Below, piece after piece: positions 47,663 through 60,000 of a stretch of DNA of 64,000 nt. Under the pieces are notes generated by a model. The model saw nothing but the letters and a program-made list of their open reading frames with translations, searched no databases and had not been told where the DNA came from. The translations under genes and the position numbers were made by a program. Source of the DNA: an uncultured Gemmataceae bacterium (lineage in GTDB: Bacteria; Planctomycetota; Planctomycetia; Gemmatales; Gemmataceae); assembly GCA_963750165.1 (NCBI GenBank), contig CAVVPN010000010.1, positions 192,001 to 256,000 on the forward strand. Reading direction: 5' to 3'. Positions within the stretch are counted from its first letter, which is position 1; the number at the start of each line of letters is the position of its first letter.

Positions 47663-49927
47663 TTACTCCGCGAACTTCGCCGCGCCGTCGCCCAGATTCA
47701 CACTGGCCGTGCTCACCTGGCGGATGCGCTTCTCCCTGACCTCCACGTCCAACCGCTGCAGCAGCTCCGGCACGCTCATAGCGCCAAGATCGCCATCCAC
47801 GCGGTCGCGCACCGCCACGGTCTGGTTGGTCTGCTCCTTGTCGCCGACGACCAGCATGTACGGAATCTTTTCCAGCTGCGCCTCGCGAATCTTGTAGCCG
47901 ATCTTCTCCGGCCGGTAGTCGCCGCTGGCGCGGTAGCCGCGCTCACGCAGCTGCGTCTCGACGGTGCGGGCGTAGTCGTTGAAGCGCTCGCTCACGGTCA
48001 GCACACGGACCTGTTCGGGGGCCAGCCACAGCGGGAACGCCCCGGCGAAGTGCTCGATGAGAATGCCCATGAAGCGCTCCATCGAGCCGAACGGGGCGCG
48101 GTGGATCATCACCGGCTTGTGCGTCTTGTTGTCGGCGCCGACGTACTCCAGGTCGAAGCGCTTCGGCAGGTTGTAGTCCAGCTGCACGGTGCCGAGCTGC
48201 CATTCGCGGCCGATGCAGTCGCGCACCACGAAGTCGATCTTCGGCCCGTAGAACGCCGCCTCGCCCGTTTCCGCGGTGTACTTCATGCCGAGCTTGCTGA
48301 CGACCTCCACGAGCGTTTTTTCGGCGTTGTTCCAGTCCTCGTCGCTGCCGACGTACTTGCCGCTGCCCGGGTCGCGCAGGCCGATGCGGACGCGGTAGTC
48401 GGTCAGGCCCAGGCAGTCCAGCACGAAGCGCACCAGTTCGATGTTCGAGTGCATTTCGGCCTCGACCTGTTCGGGCGTCATGAACAGGTGGGCGTCGTCC
48501 TGGGTGAAGCCGCGGACGCGGGTCATGCCGTTCAATTCGCCAGTCTGCTCAAAGCGGTAGACGGTGCCGAACTCCGCCAGGCGCACCGGCAAATCGCGGT
48601 AGCTGCGCGGCTCCGCCTTGTAAATCTGGATGTGGTGCGGGCAGTTCATCGGCTTGAGCAGGTAGCCTTCCTTGGTCTCCAGCCAGCGCAGCAGCACCTG
48701 GCCGGCGTCCGCCGGGGTCGAGGCCTCGTGCAGGCCGGGGACCTCGATCCCGACCGCGTCCAGTATCCGGATGGCGGCGCGGCGGGTCATCTCCAGGCGC
48801 TCCGCGTCGCTGCCGGCCTTGCGGTACTCCTCGGCCAGCAATTTGTACTCGGCCAGGTCGAGCAGTTCCTTGAACGCATGCTCTTTCTTCTCGTCCAGGT
48901 GGCCCGCTTCGAGGCGGTACTGCGCCAGGTCCACCGCGGCGGCGATGGCGTTGAAGTACATCGGCGGGAACTGGGCGTCGCGGTAGTACGGGAAGTGGCC
49001 GCTGGTGCGGTACATCTCCAGCCGGCCGATGTGCGGCGTGTACACCGGCTGATAGCCGCGCTTGACCAGCTCCTCTTTGATGAACGCCTCCAGGATGCCG
49101 CGGACGATGGCGCCCTTCGGCATCCACAGGATCAGACCGCTGCCGGCCATCGGGCTGATGGTGAACAGTTTCAACTGCTTGCCGAGGACGCGGTGGTCGC
49201 GCTTCTTGGCCTCCTCCAGCTGCTGCAGGTAGGCGTCCAGTTCCTTCTGGCTGAAGAACGCGGTGCCGTAGAGGCGCTGGAGCTGTTTGCGGTTGTTGTC
49301 GTTCTTCCAGTAGGCGCCAGCGACGCTGAGCAGCTTGAAGGCGCCGACCTTGCCGGCGTGCGGGATGTGCGGGCCGCGGCACAGGTCGATGAACTCGCCC
49401 TGGCGGTAGAAGCTCAGGGTCGGAAAATCTTTCAAGGTGTCGTCGATGTTCTCGACCTTGTAGCCCTGGCCCATGTCCTGGCAGAGGGCGCGGGCCTCGT
49501 CGTGCGGGCGCTCGAAGCGCTCGAACGGCTCGGCGTCCTTGATGATCTTGCGCATCTCCTCCTCGATGCGCGGGAAATCCTCCTCGCGGATGGGGGTGGG
49601 CGAGTCCATGTCGTAATAGAAGCCGTTCTCGATGGTCGGGCCGAAGGCGAGCTGCACGCCGGGGAAAAGGCGCAGGACCGCGCGGGCCATGATGTGGGCG
49701 CAGCTGTGGCGGAGCACGTCGAGGGCGTCGCGGTCCTTGTCGGTGAGGATCTGGAAGGTGTGTTCGCCCTCGGGCAGCTCGCGGTCGAGGTCGGTAATGG
49801 CGCCATCAACCTTGGCGGCGACGGCGGCCTGGGCGAGGCGCTTGCCGATGCCCTCGGCGATGTCGCGCGGTCGGGCGCCGGGCGGGGCCTGTTTGACGGA
49901 GCCATCGGGGAGCTTGAGAGTCGGCAT
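47663..49927 (-). CDS. thrS: Threonine--tRNA ligase
   Basis: RHSCAH, DLCRGPH, RDHR, KPMNCPHH, RVRGFTQDDAH, AAFYGPK, IHRAPFGS. Confidence 0.97.
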   Translation of the reverse strand: MPTLKLPDGSVKQAPPGARPRDIAEGIGKRLAQAAVAAKVDGAITDLDRELPEGEHTFQILTDKDRDALDVLRHSCAHIMARAVLRLFPGVQLAFGPTIENGFYYDMDSPTPIREEDFPRIEEEMRKIIKDAEPFERFERPHDEARALCQDMGQGYKVENIDDTLKDFPTLSFYRQGEFIDLCRGPHIPHAGKVGAFKLLSVAGAYWKNDNNRKQLQRLYGTAFFSQKELDAYLQQLEEAKKRDHRVLGKQLKLFTISPMAGSGLILWMPKGAIVRGILEAFIKEELVKRGYQPVYTPHIGRLEMYRTSGHFPYYRDAQFPPMYFNAIAAAVDLAQYRLEAGHLDEKKEHAFKELLDLAEYKLLAEEYRKAGSDAERLEMTRRAAIRILDAVGIEVPGLHEASTPADAGQVLLRWLETKEGYLLKPMNCPHHIQIYKAEPRSYRDLPVRLAEFGTVYRFEQTGELNGMTRVRGFTQDDAHLFMTPEQVEAEMHSNIELVRFVLDCLGLTDYRVRIGLRDPGSGKYVGSDEDWNNAEKTLVEVVSKLGMKYTAETGEAAFYGPKIDFVVRDCIGREWQLGTVQLDYNLPKRFDLEYVGADNKTHKPVMIHRAPFGSMERFMGILIEHFAGAFPLWLAPEQVRVLTVSERFNDYARTVETQLRERGYRASGDYRPEKIGYKIREAQLEKIPYMLVVGDKEQTNQTVAVRDRVDGDLGAMSVPELLQRLDVEVREKRIRQVSTASVNLGDGAAKFAE

Positions 49928-50133
49928 GGAGGTGTGTCCTGAAAAGAGTATGGCCACCCCTACAACGGGTGAACCTGACCCCGGGACACCCATCCGGGGG
50001 CCGGGGTTCGGGCGGACGGGGGTATTGTATGCCACGCCTGCGGGGGAAGGAGGGAAGGGCGTGGCGAACCGATCCGGGGTGCGGTAGAATCCAGCCATGC
50101 AGGTGGACGTGCAGGCAAAAGGGGTGCTGGACA

Positions 50134-50379
50134 ATGGTTGAGGGAACCTACGGCCGGCTGGATCAGTTGTTACGCTCGCTGGGGTTTACCATGCGCTTGT
50201 TTGAAGGAAAGACGCGGGTATACGAGCACCCGGAAACGGGCGCGCTGATGGCAGTCCCGACCTTTCCGATGGACACGCCGGTCTACCCCCATCACCTGCT
50301 CGGAGTGCGGGCGATGTTGAAGGCGTACGGCCTGGCAGATCCGACGGACTTCGAGAGGCAACTCCAGAAGGCGGGTTGA
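50134..50379 (+). CDS. HicA-like (dsRBD-fold) small protein
   Basis: LDQLLRSLGF...VYEHPETGALMAVP...VRAMLKAYG; 81 aa. Confidence 0.6.
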   Translation: MVEGTYGRLDQLLRSLGFTMRLFEGKTRVYEHPETGALMAVPTFPMDTPVYPHHLLGVRAMLKAYGLADPTDFERQLQKAG

Positions 50380-50449
50380 AGGCCAGCGCCGTGGCGCCAA
50401 GGCGGCCCCGAATCCGCCATACGAAATCCCCAACCCGATGCAGTCGGTG

Positions 50450-50954
50450 CCACTGCCGATTCCTGGCGCGACAATTCCTCGACTTTTTGGGAGCCCGAAG
50501 TATGACGCTTGCTCAGGTGGGGAAGTACATGCCTGAAGGGCTGCGTGCCCTCTCGAACCTGACCACCATGCTGTTCGAGGCCGTCACGGCCTGCCAGGTG
50601 TCGGTGAAAAAGGCGGTCGGGTGGGATTACATCGGCCTGAACCTGGACGGCAAATACTACATCGGGTTGAACTTCTCCGAACCGGAAATGCTGTGGTTCG
50701 TCACGCGCTGCCGGATCGACGCCGAGGCCGCGGCCAAACTCGGCGTCGGCGAACTGACGGAGGAAAATTGGGTGCCCGGCCGTTACCGTTGGTGGCGCGG
50801 CGTCGAGCTGGATTCCGAAGCCGTCCATTTCTTCGCGCGTTCCAAGGTCAGCCAGATGCAGTGGCTGGAGAGCTTCCTGCGAGAATATCTGGCCCAGGCC
50901 CGGTCGATTGAGACGACGGACCAACCGCCGATCCCCGACGAACCCCAGGAATGA
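50450..50954 (+). pseudogene. Probable 5'-truncated gene (coding-like sequence begins before Met 50502), function uncertain
   Basis: FLARQFLDFL precedes the first Met with no RBS; coherent C-terminal domain; resembles tails of PD-(D/E)XK-type proteins (inference). Confidence 0.45.
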
Positions 50955-51108
50955 GGCGGCGGGCGGCCTGCGATCCACATTCCGCACGGAACGCGGTCTC
51001 CTGGTTGAGCGCCTCCGACGGCGCATCTATAATGTCCAGAGTGACGCCACGCGCCGGGCTTCGGCCGAGGCGCCAAGTGTCCCCGCTTCCAACGGGAAAG
51101 GTCGAGCC

Positions 51109-52137
51109 GTGTACGTCAACCGTCTGCGACTGCACAACGTCAAATCGTTGCACCGGGATATTCCGGAGGGTGGCGGCCCCCTTCCGGAGCCAGCCCGGCG
51201 TCGCCTTTTGCTGCAAGGAGCGAACGGCAGCGGCAAGACGACCATTTTGGAAACGATTCAAACGCTGTGGAAGCTTTGGGGAGAGTGGATTGAGGAGGGC
51301 CAAGGGGCTGATTTCAGCAAAAGGCCTCCAAGCATTTTCATACACCCATCCGTCGATTTGATTGCTGCCATGGAAGTTGTAGGTATTCCAAACGCTCCGC
51401 CGCTCTGGATTTGTGAAGGATCACCCGCGGCATGGACCGCCCTCAAGGAGTCCCACCCGGGGGCCATTTTCGCCGGCCGCATTGTTTATGAGCATCAGGA
51501 CACCATTCGACTGCCTCCAAACAATTTCCTCGTGTTGCGCCACCGCAGCCTTGCTGGGGCAGAGCCATTTCCGAACATCGTCTACTTTCCACCAGAGGGC
51601 CGGACTATTCGGGCGCCGGAAAAGACACGCGCCGAGATCATCGACACAACGCAGTTTAATTGGACTGCGGTTTACGACTCGGCCGTGAATCTTGACTCCA
51701 TCCTCTTGACGGTCCAGGCCTTGACTCCGGAGCGCTTTGAGGAATGCCTCCGACTCGTCAACCTGGCCCTGGAACACCGACAAAAGCGGATCACGGGATT
51801 CGGACCCAAGGGCCGACTGGTTGTGGAAGGCACTACCGAGGCAGGGTTTCCCTACCAGCACCCAATCGAAGCCCTCTCGTCGGGGGAGCGACAGATGTTG
51901 CTGCTGGTCGGTTTTATCGTGGCCTTCCTGCGGCCTGGGGGAATCGTGCTCCTCGACGAACCGGACCTGCACATTCACATCGGGATGGTTGACCAGCTAC
52001 TGGAAACACTGGAATGGGTCGTCCGCAAGCGGAACGGGCAACTGATCGTCGCGTCGCACTCCGAGCGGGTTTGGGATTGGTTTGTTCGTGAGGAAGAGCG
52101 GATTCAGCTGGGTGAGTGGGTGGGAAGAACCGCATGA
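51109..52137 (+). CDS. ABC/AAA_21-type ATPase (AriA/OLD-like)
   Basis: GTG start YVNRLRLHNVKS; GANGSGKT, LSSGERQ, LLDEPDLHIH, ASHS. Confidence 0.9.
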   Translation: MYVNRLRLHNVKSLHRDIPEGGGPLPEPARRRLLLQGANGSGKTTILETIQTLWKLWGEWIEEGQGADFSKRPPSIFIHPSVDLIAAMEVVGIPNAPPLWICEGSPAAWTALKESHPGAIFAGRIVYEHQDTIRLPPNNFLVLRHRSLAGAEPFPNIVYFPPEGRTIRAPEKTRAEIIDTTQFNWTAVYDSAVNLDSILLTVQALTPERFEECLRLVNLALEHRQKRITGFGPKGRLVVEGTTEAGFPYQHPIEALSSGERQMLLLVGFIVAFLRPGGIVLLDEPDLHIHIGMVDQLLETLEWVVRKRNGQLIVASHSERVWDWFVREEERIQLGEWVGRTA

Positions 52138-52982
52138 GCACACCGCCAAAGCCCATCCCAGCTCTCCAGCGTATCTTGCTCGGATTTCCTGGAAAACACC
52201 TTCTGCTCGTCGAGGGGCCGAACGACAAGGCCGTCTATGAGGCGTGGCTCAAGAAACTCGCCCACCCGCATCAGTTCGCCGCCAAGGTGGTCGTCGAGAA
52301 GGTTGACGGCAAGCGGGCGGTGCTCTCGTCCCTGGAATGGTTCCGCAACCACGGCGGCAACCCGGGCAACCTGTTCGGCCTGGTAGATCGTGACGAATGG
52401 GACGCCGCCACGGTCGCCGCCCAGACTGCCGCATTGCCGCAACTGCGGATCGTTGCCGGTCGCGACTGCCTGGAAAGCTATTTCGCCGACCCCGACGAAC
52501 TCGAACCAAGTCTCCAGGCCGAGAACCCGGCCTTCGCCGTTCAGTTCCCCGCCTTCCGAACGCATCTCCAAAGCAACCTGTTGGACCGGGTAGCTCACTG
52601 GGCGTTGTTCACCACCACCGAGCACCTCAAAGAACGGATGGCCGCAGCAGTCTATCCGGGCGCCTTTCACGCCACGGTTCCGATCCCATCCGACGCCGAC
52701 ATCCAGAATCGTTTTCAAGTCTGGGCGGCGCTCGTTGCCCATCCGCAACTGTTCGACGAGTTTGACCGGCTGCGATCCCAGGCGCTGGGGGCCGCGGCGA
52801 CAGTGCAATATCGGTCCCACGTGTCGGGCAAGCGTTTCTTTGAAGAGGTCGTACACCCGGCACCGGAAGGGTTGCAGCGGTTCCGCCAAAAGTCGGATGT
52901 CACCTGGCGACTCGATCTCGCCGAGAACGCCCCACACGTCCCGGCTGACATCGCTGGCATCCTGCAACCGCTTCTGGCTTGA
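52134..52982 (+). CDS. TOPRIM-domain (DUF4435-like) putative nuclease
   Basis: LVEGPND, GLVDRD, CLESYF; ATGA overlap with the ATPase. Confidence 0.8.
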   Translation: MSTPPKPIPALQRILLGFPGKHLLLVEGPNDKAVYEAWLKKLAHPHQFAAKVVVEKVDGKRAVLSSLEWFRNHGGNPGNLFGLVDRDEWDAATVAAQTAALPQLRIVAGRDCLESYFADPDELEPSLQAENPAFAVQFPAFRTHLQSNLLDRVAHWALFTTTEHLKERMAAAVYPGAFHATVPIPSDADIQNRFQVWAALVAHPQLFDEFDRLRSQALGAAATVQYRSHVSGKRFFEEVVHPAPEGLQRFRQKSDVTWRLDLAENAPHVPADIAGILQPLLA

Positions 52983-53210
52983 AAGCCACAGCGGCTGTCC
53001 ACAGAAGTTTTTCCAGGTAGATGATTGACGCCGCCGCGCCGCCGGCGGGGAAAATGGGGACGCTTCTCGCAACTTACTGGCAGTTAACGAGAAGCGCGAT
53101 AAATCACCCTCGTTTGTCAAGGACTACCTGTTGTTCGCCCTGCGGCGCTCAAAACCCCCGCCCGAAACCCGTATGCTGGCCTGTGGACCCTGTGGCAAGG
53201 AGATGACCCC

Positions 53211-54584
53211 ATGCGAACACAATTGCTTCTGACCGCGGCGGCGCTGCTCGTCGCCGGCACCCTGCTCGGCACGCCGGCCGCGCCGGCCTCGTCCGGTGCC
53301 CCGCCCCAGGCCGGCGACCCGGCCGATGTCCAGCTCGCCAAAAAAGTCGCGGCGCTGGTCGAGCAGGACGAGCAGCGCCTCGTCGAGATCTTCAAGCACG
53401 TCCATGCCAACCCCGAACTCGGCTTTCAGGAGGTCAAAACGGCCGCCCTCATCGCGAAGGAGTTCAAGGCCCTCGGCTACGAGACGCACACCGGCATCGG
53501 CAAGACCGGGGTGGTCGGCATCCTGAAGAACGGCCCCGGCCCGGTGGTGATGTTCCGCGGCGACATGGACGCGCTGCCGGTGCGCGAGCAGACCGGCCTG
53601 CCCTACGCCAGCAAGGCGATCGCCGCGACTGCCACCGGCTTCGTCCCGGTCATGCACGCCTGCGGCCACGACACGCACGTCACGTTCCTGATCGGCGTGG
53701 CGAAGGTGATGAAGGAACTGAAGGCCGAATGGTCGGGGACGCTCGTCCTCGTGGCCCAGCCGGCCGAAGAGATCATCCAGGGGGCGCGGGCGATGGTCAA
53801 GGACGGCCTGTACGACAAGGCGCCGAAGCCGGACGTGCTCATCGCGTCGCATGTGACGCCGATGCTACCGGTGGGGACCGCGTCCGCCCGCGCCGGCAAG
53901 CGCATGGCCGGGACCGACCAGATCGACATCATCATTCGCGGCGTCGGCGGCCACGGCTCCGCGCCGCAGCGCGCGAAGGATCCGGTCGTGATGGGGGCGC
54001 TGGCGGTGATCGAGTACCAGAGCCTGGTACACCGCAGCGTCGATCCGCAGGAGCCGGCGGTCATCACGGTCGGCGCGTTCCAGGCGGGCGACGCCAACAA
54101 CGTCATCCCGGACAGGGCGACCCTGAAGGTCAACCTGCGCTGGTATAACCCGAAGGTCCGCGCGCAGTTGATCGCGGGGATCAAGCGCGTCACCGACGCC
54201 ATCGCGGTCGCCGCCGACGTCCCCAAGGACAAGATGCCGCTGTACGTCATGAAGGGCAGCGCCGGCCCGATGTTCAACGACGAGGTTGCCACGAAGCGGG
54301 CCCAGCGCCCGCTCCAGCTCGCCCTCGGCAAGGACAGGGTCCTGCCCGGTCCGTCGCCGACGATGGGGTCGGAAGACTTCCAGGACCTGGCGGCGCCCTA
54401 CCCCGAAACCAGGGTCCTGTTCATCAACATCGGCTGCGGCCCTGCTGACGTCCTGGAGAAACTCAAAAAGGGCATCCGGCCCGCGTTGAACCACAACCCC
54501 GGTTTCCGGGTGGAACTGCCGGCGGTCGCCGCCGGTACCCGGGCCGATGCCCTGGTGTTGCTGGAGTTCCTGAAGAAAAAGTGA
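53211..54584 (+). CDS. Exported M20D amidohydrolase
   Basis: HANPELGFQE, RGDMDALP, MHACGHD, QPAEE, GSEDF; signal peptide. Confidence 0.93.
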   Translation: MRTQLLLTAAALLVAGTLLGTPAAPASSGAPPQAGDPADVQLAKKVAALVEQDEQRLVEIFKHVHANPELGFQEVKTAALIAKEFKALGYETHTGIGKTGVVGILKNGPGPVVMFRGDMDALPVREQTGLPYASKAIAATATGFVPVMHACGHDTHVTFLIGVAKVMKELKAEWSGTLVLVAQPAEEIIQGARAMVKDGLYDKAPKPDVLIASHVTPMLPVGTASARAGKRMAGTDQIDIIIRGVGGHGSAPQRAKDPVVMGALAVIEYQSLVHRSVDPQEPAVITVGAFQAGDANNVIPDRATLKVNLRWYNPKVRAQLIAGIKRVTDAIAVAADVPKDKMPLYVMKGSAGPMFNDEVATKRAQRPLQLALGKDRVLPGPSPTMGSEDFQDLAAPYPETRVLFINIGCGPADVLEKLKKGIRPALNHNPGFRVELPAVAAGTRADALVLLEFLKKK

Positions 54585-54632
54585 CCGGTGGTCCGTGGCC
54601 GCACTCAGAAAAGGAGGCGCGCTTGCTGGGAT

Positions 54633-54684
54633 CTGACCCGTTAACGTTTCACGCACCCGGCAAGTGCGCGAAACGTTAACGGGG
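54633..54684. repeat. REP-like palindrome CCCGTT(A/T)ACGTTTC family (related copy at 56334-56400)
   Basis: CCCGTTAACGTTTCACGCAC...GTGCGCGAAACGTTAACGGG. Confidence 0.7.
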
Positions 54685-54733
54685 CCGTCGTCAGGAGTTC
54701 TCCCTGAATTGTAGGATTTTCTCCGCTACCTGA

Positions 54734-54763
54734 TTGACGCCACCGCGCCACCGGCGGTATAGT
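54734..54763 (+). promoter_or_regulatory. Sigma70-type promoter of the DUF1501 gene
   Basis: TTGACG-N18-TATAGT. Confidence 0.55.
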
Positions 54764-54870
54764 GCAGGGAAAGGTTTAACCACCCACGGCTGCGCAACCG
54801 GACCACCCTACCCCGACTTCCCGCCTGCCAGCCGGCGCACAGCGAACCCACCAACCAGAGGACTCCGGCC

Positions 54871-56331
<1,461 letters not shown>

Positions 56332-56521
56332 CGCCGGGTGCGCGCGAAACGTAAACGGGGGCAGCAGGGCGCCGGTCCCAGCTGACCCCGTTTACGTTTT
56401 GTCAAAACGTTTTGAGCCAGCATGAAACGAAATGACGGGCGGGAGGTGCAACTATACTCGACGCGGGGAAACCTGACACGAGCCCAGTATAACCCTCTCG
56501 CCGTCGTTTTTTTATGCGGCT

Positions 56522-57052
56522 TTACACCGCGTTCGCGGCCTGAACCGCATTTCGGGCGGCGTCACCAGCCGAACCGTTCGCCGAAGCGGGAAAAGAAAAC
56601 GGCTCTTCCGTTTTTAGGTGCGGGTTATCGGCCCGATTCTCAATTTTCCCTGGAAAAATCGTGGGGTACGTGATCGTCCGTTCACCGAAAATCCAGTGTT
56701 TCGCACCTAAAAACGGAAGAGCCAAGAAAACGTCTATCGGGTTTATTGGGTCTCTGGACTCAAAGAAATCAGCGGCCACGGCCCGCCCTGTCTGGTCGTT
56801 GAATTTCACCCAAGTCCACCCGGAGCGGCCGGTCCAAAAACGAAAGGTGTAGCCCTCGGCTGAAACGGCTTCTTCGTCGGCGACTCCAAAAAGCTCCCTT
56901 ACTTCCGGGAGCGTCAGCCCCTTTACGCGATAGACGTTCGCCCTGGTGACGCGATCCGGGCGCGGCGTGTTCGTCAGCACGAAGGCCAGTGCCGCCGCAG
57001 TCACCGTCGCAAAGGCAAGCAGACCCCATCTCAGCAGTCGTCGCTTGCCCAT
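56522..57052 (-). CDS. Small membrane-anchored protein (SmpA/BamE-like), C-terminus altered by a MITE insertion
   Basis: N-terminal TM, VTRANVYRVKGLTLPEVRELFG; reconstructed original stop at 56562. Confidence 0.7.
   Translation of the reverse strand: MGKRRLLRWGLLAFATVTAAALAFVLTNTPRPDRVTRANVYRVKGLTLPEVRELFGVADEEAVSAEGYTFRFWTGRSGWTWVKFNDQTGRAVAADFFESRDPINPIDVFLALPFLGAKHWIFGERTITYPTIFPGKIENRADNPHLKTEEPFSFPASANGSAGDAARNAVQAANAV
56601..56723. mobile_element. 123-bp ISL3-type MITE with perfect 22-bp TIRs and 8-bp TSD
   Basis: TIR GGCTCTTCCGTTTTTAGGTGCG; AAGAAAAC at 56593-56600 and 56724-56731. Confidence 0.92.
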
Positions 57053-60000
57053 GACTCACTCCCCTGGCGCCCCGCCGTCCGGTGTAGCCGGGTTTTGCTG
57101 ACCTTGCTCGCGCTCGATTTGCGCGTGGCCAGGTACTCCAGCAAGTCCGCCGCCTGCTGGGCGGTCAGGCCGGCCAGCTGGCCGTCGGGCATCAGCGAGG
57201 TCCGCGACGGCCGCAGTTGCTCCACGTCGCCAGCCGGCAACACAATCTCCTTGTTCTGCCCGTCGCGCAGCACCACCTGCTTGTCGTCGCGCTTCACCAG
57301 CAGCCCCGTGACCGAGCGGCCGTCCGCCACCTGGGCGCTGTAGGCGGCGTACTTCGGCTCGATACGCCGCGACGGCTCCAGAATGCTTTCCAGCAAATCC
57401 GCGCGCGACCGCTGCTTGCCAATGACCGTCAGGTCCGGCCCAATCGGCGTACCACGGTCGCCGACCTTGTGGCAGCTGCCGCAGTTGACCGTCTGCGACC
57501 AGAACAGCTTTTCGCCGCGGCCGGCGTTCCCCGCCAGCGCCAGAATGGCCCGCGGCCGTGGGTTCGAGCCGAGTTTGCGTTCGCCCTTCTCGCCGGCGGG
57601 GAAGTAGCCCTCGAACAGATCGCGCACCGGCCCGGCCGGCAGTTGTGCCGCCGCGGCCAGCAATTGGGCACGCGCGGCAGGCTTCAGTTCGCCGCGCCCG
57701 AGTTGCCGCGCTGCCAGCAGCGCGGACCGCGGATCGGCCAGCAATTTTTGCGGCGGCCCGTCGGTCGCCGGCGGCTTGGCCTTGCCCGCCAGGCCGCCGA
57801 TCCATTGCTCGATCAACCGCAGCCCCGCCTCGTCGGGCAGTTCGGAGCCAATGTGCGGCATACGATCGCGGCCGAACTTCGCCATGCGGTAGTACAGTGT
57901 GCTCGCCCACGGATCGCCCGGCTTGATGAGGCAGGCGCCCGGCAGCCCGAAATCGCCGCGCGACGGCCGGACGCCGACCGCCCGCATCTGCTGCACCGCG
58001 ACGGGGAACTGCAACCGCAGGTTCACCGCCCCGCCGCCGCCGTCCGCATGACAGTGGCCGCAGTTGGCGTGCAGGTACGCCCGCGCCCGTGCCTCCAATG
58101 GCTGCTGCGCGTCCGTCGGGTTCGCCAGCTTGCGCTCTCGGCCGGCCGCGGCGTCGTCGAACAGCGGCAGCGGTTTGCCGTTGCCGCCCATGCGCTGAAT
58201 CAATCCCACCTCCGAAAGCGCCACAAGCTGGTTGCGGCCGTCAGGCCCGGGTCGATTCAGCTGCTCCGGCTGGAACGCCAGCGCGTACTCCGACCAGGCG
58301 CTATGGCACAACATGCACTGGCTGCGGCTGTGGAACTGCCAGACGCGCCGTTGCTTGCCCACGCTCACTTCCTTCTCGGCGCCGTCGGCGGGCACCAGGT
58401 CGGCGTCCGCCTGGTCGTCCCGCCACGCGAAGGTGTAAGCGCGCCAGTCCACGCCGTCGAAATGCAGCAACTGCGTCTCCAGCCGCCGGCTGCCCAGCGA
58501 CAGCGTCCGCACCAGCACCGCGTCCTTCGGGAAGTGCAGACGGAAGCGGTGCCAGTCCACCATGCCCGGGATCGGCCGACCGCCTCCGGTGTACAGGGCG
58601 GCAGAAAACTTACCCGGGAAGGCAACAAAATGCTCCGCCGTGGCGCCGTCCTGCCACTGCCGGCTGTTCACGGTGAACGGCAGCACCCCGGCCGCCGGCG
58701 TGTGCTCCTTCACCGAGGCGAACAATCCCGTCTCGGATAGCTTCGTCGGAAAGTCCGCATTGCGGCCGGCGGCATCGTTGCGCGCGATGGTGTGGACCGT
58801 GCCGCCGTCGTAATCGAGGAAGTACAACTCGCCGTGTTTGTCCTCGCCGAAGGCGACGATGCGCACGGATGGTTTGGCGATCTCCGGCATCTCCTTCGTG
58901 CGGTCGCCGTCGAAGCGCGCGGCCCAGAGTCGGCGTGTCTCCCAGTCGCCGAAGACGTAGGCGCCGCGCAGTTCGGGGAACTTCTTGCCGTGGTAGACGC
59001 GGCCGCCGGTGACGCTGCAGGCGATGGTGTGCGACAGCTCGATCAGCGGCGGGATGATTGGCGTCGGCCCGGCCTTGCCCGGCTTGATCGGCTGCGGCCC
59101 CTCCATCGCCGCCCAGCCGTAGTTACCACCCTTCTCGACCCGATGCACCATCTCCCACAACTCCCAGCCCACGTCACCAACGAACAGCGCCCCGGTCTGG
59201 CGGTCGAAGCTCATCCGCCACGGGTTACGGAAACCGTAGGCCCACACCTCCGGCCGCGCCCCCTTCAGCTTCACGAAGGGATTGTCCTTTGGCACGGCAT
59301 AATTCTTGCTCTGGTCCTTGTGGTCGATGTCAATGCGGAGGATGGACGAGAGCAGATCGGAGATGTCCTGGCCGGTTTCAAACGGGTCAGGCGGATTGGG
59401 GTCGGCAGCGTCGCCGGTGGAGATGTAGAGCATGCCGTCGGGGCCGAAGTGGAGGTCGCCGCCGTTGTGGCCGCCCTGCATGAAGGTGAGCACGATTTCC
59501 TCGCTGGCCGGGTCGATCCGCGGCGGGTCGGTGTTGGTGACGGTGAAGCGCGAGACGCGCGTGCCGTCCGCCAGGTTCCGCTGCCGCTGCTTCGGCAAAA
59601 TGGTGTAACAGACGAAACACTGACGGTTCTTCGCAAACTGGGGGTGGAAGGCCAGGCCGTAGACTGCCTCGAAGCCCCGGGTTTGCGGGTGCAGGTGGAT
59701 CTTCTTGAGTTCTTTGGGCAGATCGCAGAACAGCTCCGCCCGGGCGTCCGGTTTGTCCGCGAAGGAGTAGAGCACGCCGCGCTGCTCGCCGACGAAGAGG
59801 CGGTCGCTGCCGGGACAGCGGGTCATCAGCAGCGGGTGGTTGAATTTCAGGTTCGGGAAGGCGCGGACCACCTTGAAGGGCGGCGGCGGGTCCGGCGAGC
59901 CCACGACGCGCGAAGTCGTCCAGGGGACGCGGCCAGCCTTCGGGGGCTGGGCCTTCTGTGGGCCGGTCGGCTCGGCCGCGGAGGGGGCGAGCCACGCCAG

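Noticed and set aside
49928..50133. T-box or other leader upstream of thrS
   Set aside because: GC hairpins present but no T-box consensus recognised
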